From contig CAJBWJ010000025.1 in assembly GCA_903959355.1 (NCBI GenBank), forward strand, positions 1 through 62,864: 62,864 bases of DNA, read 5' to 3'. This document shows, piece by piece, positions 1 through 9,332 of this stretch; positions within the stretch are counted from its first letter, which is position 1, and every line of letters begins with the position of its first letter. The DNA is from an uncultured bacterium (lineage in GTDB: Bacteria; Patescibacteriota; Microgenomatia; UBA1400; PJMF01). The position numbers were made by a program, and so were the translations under genes. The notes under the pieces are model-generated. The model worked only from the letters and a program-made list of their open reading frames with translations. It was not told the DNA's origin and searched no databases.

Positions 1-765
1 CTTGATAGATTATCTGTTGCCTATAATCTGGATAATTTTCTCGCTACAAAAATTGAAGTTAAAGCAGACGAAATCTTTCTCCTAGAAACTAATGGTCAAG
101 AAATATTACGCATAAAAAGTGATCAAAACAGAGAAAAATTTGCTCTTAAAAATAATGAAAAAATTAGAGATTTTACAGTTAGTGAAAACAAATTATTTTT
201 ATTAAGTAGTGGAATTAAAATGCTCGATTTGTCTAAAAATGAACAAGCTTTCACAGAAATTAAACAAGAAGGAGAGTCAGATAAAACTGGTGAATTTCTG
301 AGTAGCTTCGGACCATATTTATATCTATCTAATAAAGATAAAAGAAATGTTTATAGATATTATTACAACGAAGACAAGCTAAGCGATCCAATTGGTTGGC
401 TAGTAGATAAACAAGGTTTAAATTTTGATAACATCAGCAATTTAATGGTCGATGGAGATTTGTGGATGACTTTTAAAACAGGCGAGCTACTTAAATTCGG
501 TAAAGGCTCTAAAGCAGACTTTCAATTTAAAGGAATTGCTCAAATCCCAAATAGTCCAATTATCATCAGTGGCAATGAAGCAAGTAATTCCATAGCAATT
601 CTAGAAAAACAAAATAAAAGATTATTGATTGTAACCAAAGATGGTCAGCTCATTAATGAAATAAAGAGTAATGAATTGGCTGGAGTTAGCAGTATTGCTT
701 TTAGCAGTGATGGTAAAAAGATCTATGCAGTTAGCGGTTCAGTCATTTACGGATTAGAAATTTAA
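1..765 (+). CDS. Hypothetical beta-propeller-like protein, 5' truncated by window edge
   Basis: Frame of ORF 220..765 is open back to base 1; beta-strand-rich repeats ending SIAFSSDGKKIYAV. Confidence 0.65.
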   Translation, partial: LDRLSVAYNLDNFLATKIEVKADEIFLLETNGQEILRIKSDQNREKFALKNNEKIRDFTVSENKLFLLSSGIKMLDLSKNEQAFTEIKQEGESDKTGEFLSSFGPYLYLSNKDKRNVYRYYYNEDKLSDPIGWLVDKQGLNFDNISNLMVDGDLWMTFKTGELLKFGKGSKADFQFKGIAQIPNSPIIISGNEASNSIAILEKQNKRLLIVTKDGQLINEIKSNELAGVSSIAFSSDGKKIYAVSGSVIYGLEI

Positions 766-822
766 GTCTTAATCTTAATTAGACAAGTCTAAAGATGAGT
801 CTAATGTTAAAATAAACCTCAA

Positions 823-1260
823 ATGTCTCTCGTTTTTAATAAAAAAGCACAATACGAATATAGTATCAGCAAAAAATTTATTGCTGGAATTGTTCTGGAA
901 GGTGCCGAAGTTAAAAGTTTGCGCCTACAACAAGCCAGCTTAAATGGCAGCTACATCAAAGAAATAGGCGGAGAGCTTTTTCTCATCAACGCTCAAATAA
1001 ATGCTTATGCTTTTGCTCATCAAGAAAATTATGACCCAAAAAAATCTCGCAAGTTATTACTTAAAAAAAGCGAAGTCGAATCATTAACTGAAGCAAGCAA
1101 GCAAAAGGGTTTTGCCATTATTCCAATCGCCTTTTTTATCTCACACAATAGAATCAAGTTAGAAATAGCCTTGGCTAAAGGTAAAAAAGAGTACGAAAAA
1201 AGAGAAACCATTAAAAAAAGAGATTTAAAAAGAGAAATTGAAAAATCAATGAAAAATTGA
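823..1260 (+). CDS. smpB: SsrA-binding protein SmpB
   Basis: NKKAQYEY, AGIVLEGAEVKSLR, RKLLLKKSE, ALAKGKKEYEKRETIKKRD motifs. Confidence 0.97.
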   Translation: MSLVFNKKAQYEYSISKKFIAGIVLEGAEVKSLRLQQASLNGSYIKEIGGELFLINAQINAYAFAHQENYDPKKSRKLLLKKSEVESLTEASKQKGFAIIPIAFFISHNRIKLEIALAKGKKEYEKRETIKKRDLKREIEKSMKN

Positions 1261-1329
1261 TTTTCTTTAATTCAGCTCTTGTCGCTTCAACTAAACTAGG
1301 TTTTAATTAGATTGTAAGGAATTTCAACT

Positions 1330-1560
1330 ATGCCTAAGAAAATTTTTTGGCCTATCACATTAGTAATAATGGGACTCATTTTTATGGCTTCCAATATGGG
1401 CTATTTGCCAAGAGCTTTTTGGAATTTGTGGCCACTAATCTTAGTTGTTGTTGGACTAGGTGGTTTAATCACTTCAGATCGAGAAGAATGGTTAGTTGAA
1501 GAAAAAAGAAAAGTTATTAAAAAGCCTGCCAGCAAGAAGAAAAAATCCAACAAAAAATAA
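1330..1560 (+). CDS. Small membrane protein (LiaI/LiaF-TM, DUF5668-like)
   Basis: Two TM segments with LWPLILVVVGL pattern, basic tail; AAGGA upstream. Confidence 0.65.
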   Translation: MPKKIFWPITLVIMGLIFMASNMGYLPRAFWNLWPLILVVVGLGGLITSDREEWLVEEKRKVIKKPASKKKKSNKK

Positions 1561-1562
1561 CA

Positions 1563-2261
1563 ATGAGCGAATTTTTTCAAATTGCTATTGATGGTCCTGT
1601 TGCGGCTGGCAAAGGTACTGTTTCTCGTCTACTCGCCCAAAAACTTGGATTTCTATATGTAGATACCGGAGCCATGTACAGAGCTACTGCTCTTTTGTCT
1701 TTACGTCATGAGATAAGTTTAAACGACGAAGACAAAGTCATCGCTTTACTTGAAAAAAGTAAGTTAGAAATGAGAAATCCACTTTCACCTACTGAAATTG
1801 ACGGCAGATTAACCACAATTATTCTGGATGGTGAAGATATTTCTTGGGCAATTCGTACGCAAGAATGCAGTGACGGATCTTCAAAGGTGGCTGTTTTAGC
1901 TAAATTAAGAAAAGTTTTAGTCAAAAAACAGCAAGAAATAGCACGAAGCCAGGATGTGGTCATGGAAGGCAGAGACATAACTTTTCGAGTCTTGCCGGAA
2001 GCAGATCTCAAAATCTATTTAACTGCCAGCATTGAAGCTAGAGCCATCAGAAGACACACTCAATATTTAACCAAAGGTATTAACGTCTCTATTGAAGAAG
2101 TCATAAAAGAAATCAAAGAAAGAGATGAAAGAGACATGAAAAGAAAAACTGATCCCCTACAGGTGATGCCAGATGCTTGGTTAGTGGATACAAGTAAACT
2201 AGAAATTGAAGAAGTCGTCGATTTGATCGTCGCCAAAGTCAAAGAAATTAGAAATGAGTAA
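1563..2261 (+). CDS. cmk: Cytidylate kinase
   Basis: IAIDGPVAAGKGT, DTGAMYRA, VMEGRDI, KIYLTAS, ERDERD. Confidence 0.96.
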   Translation: MSEFFQIAIDGPVAAGKGTVSRLLAQKLGFLYVDTGAMYRATALLSLRHEISLNDEDKVIALLEKSKLEMRNPLSPTEIDGRLTTIILDGEDISWAIRTQECSDGSSKVAVLAKLRKVLVKKQQEIARSQDVVMEGRDITFRVLPEADLKIYLTASIEARAIRRHTQYLTKGINVSIEEVIKEIKERDERDMKRKTDPLQVMPDAWLVDTSKLEIEEVVDLIVAKVKEIRNE

Positions 2262-2463
2262 AAGCTATCAACAAGATCCCAACTTAATAAATGATGTTGC
2301 TAAAGATACTAATCGCATTGAAAAAGAATATTTAGCTAAACAAGCCAAAAAACGTCAAAAAAAAAGTGAAAAAGAAGAACTTAGTCAAAAATGGATTGCA
2401 CCTTTATTGTTACTCATCACTCTTTTACTCGGATTTTTAGTTTCTATAATTTTCCAAAAATAA
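2254..2463 (+). CDS. Small protein with C-terminal TM helix
   Basis: Overlaps cmk end; hydrophobic C-terminus. Confidence 0.6.
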   Translation: MSKSYQQDPNLINDVAKDTNRIEKEYLAKQAKKRQKKSEKEELSQKWIAPLLLLITLLLGFLVSIIFQK

Positions 2464-2478
2464 TTAATGTTTTGTAAA

Positions 2479-4932
2479 CTATAAAATCTGTCCACCTCTT
2501 TGTTCTATTGTTTTAAGATTGGTAAATGATTCGTTGATACAAGCTTTTTGTGGTTCACTACCTTTTACAAATAATTCTTCACTAATTTTTGGACAAGCAC
2601 TGCAAGGCAATGTTCCAGTGGTAGCGCATATTTTAACTTTGATCATATTTTCTGGAATAAAGAAACGATGAGGATTTTTATCATCCAAAAGCAACAGCAT
2701 TATTTTATTCCAAATAGGTGAAGCTCCAGTAATTCCGGAGGCAACATAACTCATAGGTGTATTGTCATTATTACCCACCCAAGTGGCTACTAAACGATCA
2801 GTAGTGTAGCCGATGGTCCAGTTGTCTTTCATGCTATTGGTGGTGCCTGTTTTGACTGCTACTTGTTGAGAAGGAATATTAAGCACAGAAAACAAACCAA
2901 AAGCTGAAGAGCGAGCTTTATTGTCAGATAAAATATCAGTAATAAGATAAGCTGCTTTTGGACTAAGTTCTAAGTCATCGTAGCAGTTATCAGCATCAAG
3001 AGCGCAATTATTTCGATACAGAGTCTCACCTTTATAATTACTTATTTCTAAAAATGGATTGATGGAAACTGGATAACCAAGATTAGCGAAACTACTATAA
3101 AGTTCTGCCATATCTGTCATCAAAACTTCACCAGCTCCAAGCGTCAGTGACAAACCAAAACGGCTGCGATCTTGCCAAGTACTAATACCAAGCATCTCGC
3201 CTTTATTAATCAGTGTGTTGACTCCTAACTCAGCTAAAAGTTTGACTGCTGGAATATTATAAGAAGAAGCTAAAGCTTCTCTCAGTGTTACTCTACCGTG
3301 AAAACGACCATCATAATTTTTTGGGGCATAAGGCTTACTACCTGGAATCTGATAAACAACTGGAGAATCATCAATAATTGAAGCAGCAGTTTTGCCTTGT
3401 TCAAAAGCAGTGGCATAAGTCAAAGGCTTAATTGAAGATCCAGGCTGACGCGGTCTAATCGTTACATTAACTTGACCGTCATGCACAAAGTCATAATAGT
3501 CAGCACCACCCACCATTGCTAAAAGTTCGCCAGTTTTTGGATTAGTTACTAGAGCTGCTCCATTGCTAATTTTAAAAACTCCAAGTTTATTTATTTCACT
3601 GCTAACTATAGATTGGGCTTGATTTTGTAGCGACAAATCCAGCGTTGTTCTGACTTCTAGACCACCTTTTGATAAAACATCTTCGCCATATTTTTCAGCA
3701 AGTAGTTTTCGCACATACATCACAAAATGTGGTGCCTGCATATCAATTCGGTCTTGATTGAAAACTAGTTTTTCTTGTTTGGCTTGATCAGCCTGCAATT
3801 GGCTAATATAACCATCGTCAACCATACGACGTAAAACTTCTGCCTGTCTGCTATAAGCTAATTCTGGATTCGAACCAAAAGGCGTGTAAGTTGATGGAGC
3901 CTGTGGCAAACCTGCCAAAAGTGCTGATTCAGCTAAACTTAAATCTTTGGCTGATTTATTAAAATATCTCCAAGATGCTTCTTCAATGCCATAAGTTGAG
4001 CCACCGTAAGCAACGGTATTAAGATACATTTCCAGTATTTGATCTTTGTTATAAATACGCTCAGCGATGAGAGATAAAAGTAATTCGCGAATTTTTCTGC
4101 GATATGTTTTTTCATTACCAAGCAAACGATTTTTAATTAATTGTTGAGTAATGGTCGAACCCCCTTGAGTTGATTCGCCAGAGAAATTTTTGAGCAAAGC
4201 TCTAAATATACCTTTGATAGAAAAGCCAAAATGGCTATAAAATTCTTGGTCTTCTATAGCGATAGTAGCATCTTTAAGATATTTGGAGACTGAAGATAAT
4301 GGCACCAAAGTTCGATTTTCATCTTCATAGATACGATAAAGCAACTTACCGTTTCTGTCTAAAATTCTCGTAGTAACATTTTGCGCTTTGTTAGAAAGAT
4401 CAGTCGGCGATGGTAAATCTTTGATTGCAATATCATAAGTGAAATAAGAAAAACCTAAAAATAAAACTGTTAGAAAAAAAGATGAGAGATAAGAGAAATG
4501 AAATGCTCTTTTCTTTGGTCGACCAACTTTTTTAGTTAAATGCAAAAATTTTAAAAATTGGTTTTTTCTAAATTTTAAGTTTTGAGAAAGTTTTTCTCTT
4601 TTTTTGGAAAGAATAATAAAAGTTAAAGAAAAAAAACGCTGCCATTTAATATAAAAAGGTAGCTTTTTACGACCACGACCTTTTTTAATTTTGATTAGTT
4701 TTAAAAATAAAATATACTGATAAGTCAATTTCTTTATTGATTTATCTATTTTTTTATTAATCAAATGAAAATATTTTTTGACAGCTCTTTTAAGCTTAAG
4801 GTGCAATGGTAATTTTGGACGACCCCGCTTAATCAATTTATTTTGCGAAACTGAAACATTGGCTACTAAAACATTTTTTTCTTGTTTTGATTTATTTTTT
4901 ACAAGAATTTTATAATTATTTTTAGCAGCCAT
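2479..4932 (-). CDS. Class A penicillin-binding protein (transglycosylase/transpeptidase) with basic N-terminal extension
   Basis: AIEDQEFY, GGSTITQQLIKN, RKIRE, RQPGSSIKP (SxxK), SYN, KTGT. Confidence 0.95.
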   Translation of the reverse strand: MAAKNNYKILVKNKSKQEKNVLVANVSVSQNKLIKRGRPKLPLHLKLKRAVKKYFHLINKKIDKSIKKLTYQYILFLKLIKIKKGRGRKKLPFYIKWQRFFSLTFIILSKKREKLSQNLKFRKNQFLKFLHLTKKVGRPKKRAFHFSYLSSFFLTVLFLGFSYFTYDIAIKDLPSPTDLSNKAQNVTTRILDRNGKLLYRIYEDENRTLVPLSSVSKYLKDATIAIEDQEFYSHFGFSIKGIFRALLKNFSGESTQGGSTITQQLIKNRLLGNEKTYRRKIRELLLSLIAERIYNKDQILEMYLNTVAYGGSTYGIEEASWRYFNKSAKDLSLAESALLAGLPQAPSTYTPFGSNPELAYSRQAEVLRRMVDDGYISQLQADQAKQEKLVFNQDRIDMQAPHFVMYVRKLLAEKYGEDVLSKGGLEVRTTLDLSLQNQAQSIVSSEINKLGVFKISNGAALVTNPKTGELLAMVGGADYYDFVHDGQVNVTIRPRQPGSSIKPLTYATAFEQGKTAASIIDDSPVVYQIPGSKPYAPKNYDGRFHGRVTLREALASSYNIPAVKLLAELGVNTLINKGEMLGISTWQDRSRFGLSLTLGAGEVLMTDMAELYSSFANLGYPVSINPFLEISNYKGETLYRNNCALDADNCYDDLELSPKAAYLITDILSDNKARSSAFGLFSVLNIPSQQVAVKTGTTNSMKDNWTIGYTTDRLVATWVGNNDNTPMSYVASGITGASPIWNKIMLLLLDDKNPHRFFIPENMIKVKICATTGTLPCSACPKISEELFVKGSEPQKACINESFTNLKTIEQRGGQIL

Positions 4933-4952
4933 CTTGGCGTTATTTTAACATG

Positions 4953-5124
4953 AAAAAACGAACGTGAACTATTAAATTAATCGCGTTCACTAAAAATAAA
5001 TCTAGAAAAAATAAACAAGCTTTTTTCACTCAGAGAAGTCGCTGCAAAAAATATTTTATATTAAAATAAAATTCACGATTAAGCTCCTTCTATGGATTAA
5101 TTTAATAGTTCGCGCTTGTTTTTT
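4953..5124. repeat. 172-bp element bounded by 30-bp imperfect inverted repeats
   Basis: 4953 aaaaaacgaacgtgaactattaaattaatc vs 5095 gattaatttaatagttcgcgcttgtttttt (27/30 complementary). Confidence 0.75.
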
Positions 5125-5145
5125 GATTACGCAAAATTGGTTAAA

Positions 5146-7326
5146 TTAGATCGGACATGCACCACTGTCACATTTGAGATGATCCATGCTAATGTCTTCT
5201 GTTATTTCTGCTTCGTCGTCACTTATTTCATTGATAACTTGCATGAATTGACCAATGGTTACTGCCTCTTCTGGCTGATACTCGTAAGCTGTCACATCAA
5301 TCTTTGGCATGACGCTACAAGTTTTAATCAGAGGCTGATATTTACGAATCATGTTTGAAAACTTGCGATAAGAAACTTGTTCTGGGTCATACTTTAAAGT
5401 GTAAGAAACTTGATTGCCTTTATCTTCAGCTAATGGCTTACCATCTTTATCTACACCAACTATCCAATATTTTTCAATTAACATCAACCATTTATATTGT
5501 TCTTCAGGAGTAGCTTCACTAGCAGTCACTAACTTATCATCCATACCTAAGCTACAAATTTCTGGCTGAGTTGGGAAACCGATGACGGTCGTACCTTGAT
5601 AACTTTTCAGCTCTTTATTTGGATAGCCCATTTTTTGATATTTTTTAACTAATGGATCATCTGAGCTAAATTGCACCCAACGAATATATTCGCGCATCGC
5701 TGGAAGATGAGCACCTTCAGAAAGACTAAATAATTTAGAAGTAGTGCCAGCTGGTTTGATAGTGGTATTAGTGTGAGGAACATTGACGCCAAGTTTTTTG
5801 GCATAACTAAATGATTCTTCTTCGACTGCTCTCTTGAAACGAGCGATAGTCATCCAAAAATCATGAGCTTTTTCTTCATCAATCAAATCACGGAAAGCCA
5901 AACCGAAGGCATTCCAAGCATATTCATGAATACCAGTCATGCCAACACCAATACGATTGGTTCTTTTAACTTCGCGAGAATACAAACTATCCATATAGGT
6001 ATTAACTCTCATCAAAGCACGAGTCGCAGCACGGAAGGCTTCTTCAGCACTATCAGCATCAGGAGCATGATAAGGCACCACATCAGCAATCACACAGTAA
6101 CCACCCAACATATTCAAAGTAATTTCACCACATGGATTTGGAATTTGAGTGTAATATTTGGCACCAGCACGTCTGGCTACTTCAGCTAGCATTTTGACGG
6201 TCTTTTTCATTGGAGCAAATTTCTTACTGCAAGCATAGCCACCATCTAAGTAGCCATCAAAGCCTTCATCGTTTTGGACCAATTTATGTTGGTTTACAAA
6301 GCCTGGCTCACCAGTTTTATCAAAATATGAAGCACGCATCACAGCATCAAGAACCTTGGTTGAATGCAAACTACGCTGCTTCCAAAATTTCTCGTCAACA
6401 GCCACACTATTGTTGGCTGACCATAAGAAACCGCCTTTTTTAATACTGATGAATTCAAAAATATCTGGATCAGTCCAAGTTTTAACTGCAATACGAGCTG
6501 CACGACGTGCTCCACCAACCAGAACACATTCTGATAAATAGTGATCAGCATAGAGAGCTTGTTTCCAAGGCTTCATGCCAGAACCTTTGATCGTGGCTAA
6601 TTTTTGAATAGCCTTAATCAAAGGACGAGGACCAGAAGCTGGACGACCCTGCATACCATTAATCGGTGAGCCTTTGGCTCTAACTTTGGAAAAATCTAGA
6701 ATGAGGGTTTCATCTTTGTATTTACGCTCGTAAGCCATTTCTTCAATTTTTTCGACTGCCTGAGCCCAACCTTCTCTGGTGTCAGGAATCTCAAACCAAT
6801 GAGCATTTTCATATTTATGACGAGCTTCACGAGTACTTTCATCATCACCCCAAACAAAATCACCATGATTCTCGTCTAATACACAGCGAATGATTGGCAT
6901 GTAATCCCAGTCCACTACCATCAAAGCGTCGTCATAAGCACGACCAACACCAGAACCATTTAAAAGTAGATAGAAAAGTAAAAAGGAAGAAGAAGCGGTA
7001 CTACAGTTGGTAAAAACCTCCATATTGCGACCAGGTTGAGTTTCATCACCATGTTGAAGATGACGGCCACTCATTAAAAGTGAAGCGTTGGAAATATGTT
7101 TACGCAAAATCTCATATTCTTCTTTTTGATCAGCAGCAAATTTCTTAGGTAGCAGCATGGAATTACCAAGAGCCACACGATGAGCTACATCAGCCCAAGT
7201 TTCTAGTTTGCCATCCGCCGTGGTACGTAAAATAGTGCGTTTAGCAACAGCTTCTCCCAAACCTTTAGACAACTTACGATTAATAAGTTTCATTTTTTTC
7301 TTGGGAAGCTGATTTTTAACGGACAT
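5146..7326 (-). CDS. nrdJ: Class II (adenosylcobalamin-dependent) ribonucleotide reductase; start placed at ATG 7326 (ORF extends to 7362)
   Basis: SGR, TNC, GSGVG, VGGARRAA, NPCGEI, RIGVGMTG, TIKPAGT, C-terminal CDSGACPI; AAGGA before ATG 7326; downstream of nrdR. Confidence 0.9.
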   Translation of the reverse strand: MSVKNQLPKKKMKLINRKLSKGLGEAVAKRTILRTTADGKLETWADVAHRVALGNSMLLPKKFAADQKEEYEILRKHISNASLLMSGRHLQHGDETQPGRNMEVFTNCSTASSSFLLFYLLLNGSGVGRAYDDALMVVDWDYMPIIRCVLDENHGDFVWGDDESTREARHKYENAHWFEIPDTREGWAQAVEKIEEMAYERKYKDETLILDFSKVRAKGSPINGMQGRPASGPRPLIKAIQKLATIKGSGMKPWKQALYADHYLSECVLVGGARRAARIAVKTWTDPDIFEFISIKKGGFLWSANNSVAVDEKFWKQRSLHSTKVLDAVMRASYFDKTGEPGFVNQHKLVQNDEGFDGYLDGGYACSKKFAPMKKTVKMLAEVARRAGAKYYTQIPNPCGEITLNMLGGYCVIADVVPYHAPDADSAEEAFRAATRALMRVNTYMDSLYSREVKRTNRIGVGMTGIHEYAWNAFGLAFRDLIDEEKAHDFWMTIARFKRAVEEESFSYAKKLGVNVPHTNTTIKPAGTTSKLFSLSEGAHLPAMREYIRWVQFSSDDPLVKKYQKMGYPNKELKSYQGTTVIGFPTQPEICSLGMDDKLVTASEATPEEQYKWLMLIEKYWIVGVDKDGKPLAEDKGNQVSYTLKYDPEQVSYRKFSNMIRKYQPLIKTCSVMPKIDVTAYEYQPEEAVTIGQFMQVINEISDDEAEITEDISMDHLKCDSGACPI

Positions 7327-7368
7327 CTTGATTTCCTTCATAATTTTTATTTGTGAATTCAATTCTTA

Positions 7369-7445
7369 AACATGAGACAAGTTTGAAGAAAATTGCTTAC
7401 TTGTCCAAGTCGACAATCTTTTTCAAGCTTTATTTGTCTCATGTT
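7369..7445. other. Long imperfect hairpin between nrdR and nrdJ
   Basis: aacatgagacaa/ttgtctcatgtt outer stem, gtttgaagaaaattg/caatctttttcaagc middle stem, acttg/caagt apical stem. Confidence 0.7.
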
Positions 7446-7478
7446 AAAAAACTGAAATCAGTTTTTTATATTTTAAAA

Positions 7479-7934
7479 TTAACTTTGTTCTTTTAATTTT
7501 CGAATCTCTTCTTCGAAGTCTGCCAATTCACCAAAGTCTCTATAAACGCTGGCAAAGAGTAAGTAAGAAAGAGGGTCAAGTTTTTTTAGTCTATTAAGAA
7601 CTAGATTGCCTATTTCCCAGCTTTTGACTTCAATGACTTCTCTCTGTCTCAACTTTGCTTCAACGTCTTCTATTAGCAGTTCTATCTGCAACATACTAAC
7701 TGGACGTTTCCAAGTAGCTTTAATCAAACCTCTTTTAACTTTTTCTCGATCAAAAGTTTCTTTGCTACCATCTTTCTTGATCACCTTAAGATCTACACCT
7801 TCAACTCTTTCGTAGCTAGTGAAGCGCTTCTTGCAAGCTTCACATGCCCGTCTGCGCCTCACACTGTCACCGTTTTCCGTCTCTCGCGAATCAATTACCG
7901 CCGTTTCGCTGCCTTTGCAAAATGGACACTGCAT
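7479..7934 (-). CDS. nrdR: Transcriptional repressor NrdR
   Basis: MQCPFC...VIDSR...VRRRRACEACKKRFTSYE zinc ribbon, ATP-cone, FASVYRDF. Confidence 0.97.
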   Translation of the reverse strand: MQCPFCKGSETAVIDSRETENGDSVRRRRACEACKKRFTSYERVEGVDLKVIKKDGSKETFDREKVKRGLIKATWKRPVSMLQIELLIEDVEAKLRQREVIEVKSWEIGNLVLNRLKKLDPLSYLLFASVYRDFGELADFEEEIRKLKEQS

Positions 7935-7944
7935 AATATGTTTA

Positions 7945-7992
7945 ATCCTACCTATAGTGTTTCACTATTTATTCAATCACAAAATATTGTGG
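7945..7992 (-). promoter_or_regulatory. Tandem NrdR boxes upstream of nrdR-nrdJ
   Basis: atcctacctatagtgt (7945-7960) and tcacaaaatattgtgg (7977-7992) fit acaCwAtATaTwGtgt; 32-bp periodicity. Confidence 0.8.
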
Positions 7993-8075
7993 TTTGCTAA
8001 GGTGAGGACTAAAAGAATCTCATGTGGGAGGGTGTGTTGTCAACTATAACAAAAACTATCAATTTTGCAAAGAAC

Positions 8076-8639
8076 TTATTTGGCCAGGAGTCGTAATTTA
8101 TCTGCCAGAGATAAACTTTGAATAGATAAAGATTCCAAAGCTGCACTCTCTTCATTGTTGAATTTATTTTTGTTATTTGTAATAAAGTCCATGTGTTTAT
8201 CAAAACTTTCTAGAACAAAAAAAGCCAAAGATTGGTCTTCAGTTTTTTTATTATTATTTTCTTTTTCAAGTAAAACAATATTTTCATGCATAGCTCTATT
8301 TAAATATTTGAGTGCCTTATCCATAGTTATGAGTGCTAAAGATGAATTGCCTTTGTCCAAAAGTTTTTTGCTATAAAAAAGGCGACGATTGCTATAAGAA
8401 ACCAACAGATAAGTTCTTTTTTCTGAATCTGACATTTCAAGACGTAATCGATCAACAATCATTAAAAGCGGATAGAGAGAGTGGTCTGGCAAAATTTCTT
8501 TGGCCACATAAAATTTTCCAGACATTAAACTAGGATTACCTTTTAATTCATTTTTATTGGCTGATTGAAGTGAAATAAATAGAATAAACACTGAAAAAAG
8601 GACAGCAAACAATAAAAATAAATAATTAACTTTTTTCAT
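8076..8639 (-). CDS. Membrane-anchored helical protein (DUF5667-like)
   Basis: N-terminal TM; ILPDHSLYPL...RRL motif. Confidence 0.65.
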   Translation of the reverse strand: MKKVNYLFLLFAVLFSVFILFISLQSANKNELKGNPSLMSGKFYVAKEILPDHSLYPLLMIVDRLRLEMSDSEKRTYLLVSYSNRRLFYSKKLLDKGNSSLALITMDKALKYLNRAMHENIVLLEKENNNKKTEDQSLAFFVLESFDKHMDFITNNKNKFNNEESAALESLSIQSLSLADKLRLLAK

Positions 8640-8648
8640 AAAAAAAGA

Positions 8649-9332
8649 TTAGAAATGAATTAAAAGCACCATGCCCCAGATAGCCTGTACCAAGATCAGC
8701 AAATAAGCATTGCGCCTTTTGTAAAAAATTAAGGCCTGACCACAGGCAAAAGCAAAAATTAACATAATTTGCAAAATAACCTCTGAAAGACTAAAGCGAG
8801 CAAAAATATTTGGCAGATGAAAAATAAGAAAAATTAGAGCCACCAGAATAACTCTCTTTAGAAGAGAAAAATGACTAAATTTGCTATCAATAATAATCAT
8901 CACAAAACTATAAAAGAACAAAGTCTCCCAAAAACCAGTCATGATTGCCAAAAACATCTCTTTCCAAAACCAGTCCGCAAAATAATAAGGAACCAAGGCT
9001 ACACTTCCGCCTCGATTTAAGGCTCCAAGTAATGCTCCTGAGAAACCAAAAATACCGCCGATTGCTAATCCAAGCAGTAAACCTGGCTTAATTTTCTTAA
9101 AAGAAAGGGTTTCAAAAATTTCTTTATTACCAGAAATCGAAACGTAAAGCAAAACAGGCAAAGCAAAAAAAACTAACTTACCAACAGTTTCATCAAACCA
9201 AACTGGAAAATGAAAAACACTTCTATAAAAAAACCACATAAGAAAAGTTAAAACCAAAATCGGCAAGAAAGCCTCATGCTTACTTGAGCTGATGGCTTCA
9301 ATTTTCTTTTTGTTATTTTTTTTCGATGGCAT
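8649..9332 (-). CDS. CPBP/Abi (CAAX protease-like) intramembrane protein
   Basis: Multi-TM; WETLFF (degenerate EE motif), FLIFHLP; the final His motif appears degenerate (QAIWG). Confidence 0.65.
   Translation of the reverse strand: MPSKKNNKKKIEAISSSKHEAFLPILVLTFLMWFFYRSVFHFPVWFDETVGKLVFFALPVLLYVSISGNKEIFETLSFKKIKPGLLLGLAIGGIFGFSGALLGALNRGGSVALVPYYFADWFWKEMFLAIMTGFWETLFFYSFVMIIIDSKFSHFSLLKRVILVALIFLIFHLPNIFARFSLSEVILQIMLIFAFACGQALIFYKRRNAYLLILVQAIWGMVLLIHF

Noticed and set aside
766..1330. tmRNA next to smpB
   Set aside because: Intergenic gaps are too short and lack tRNA-like ends
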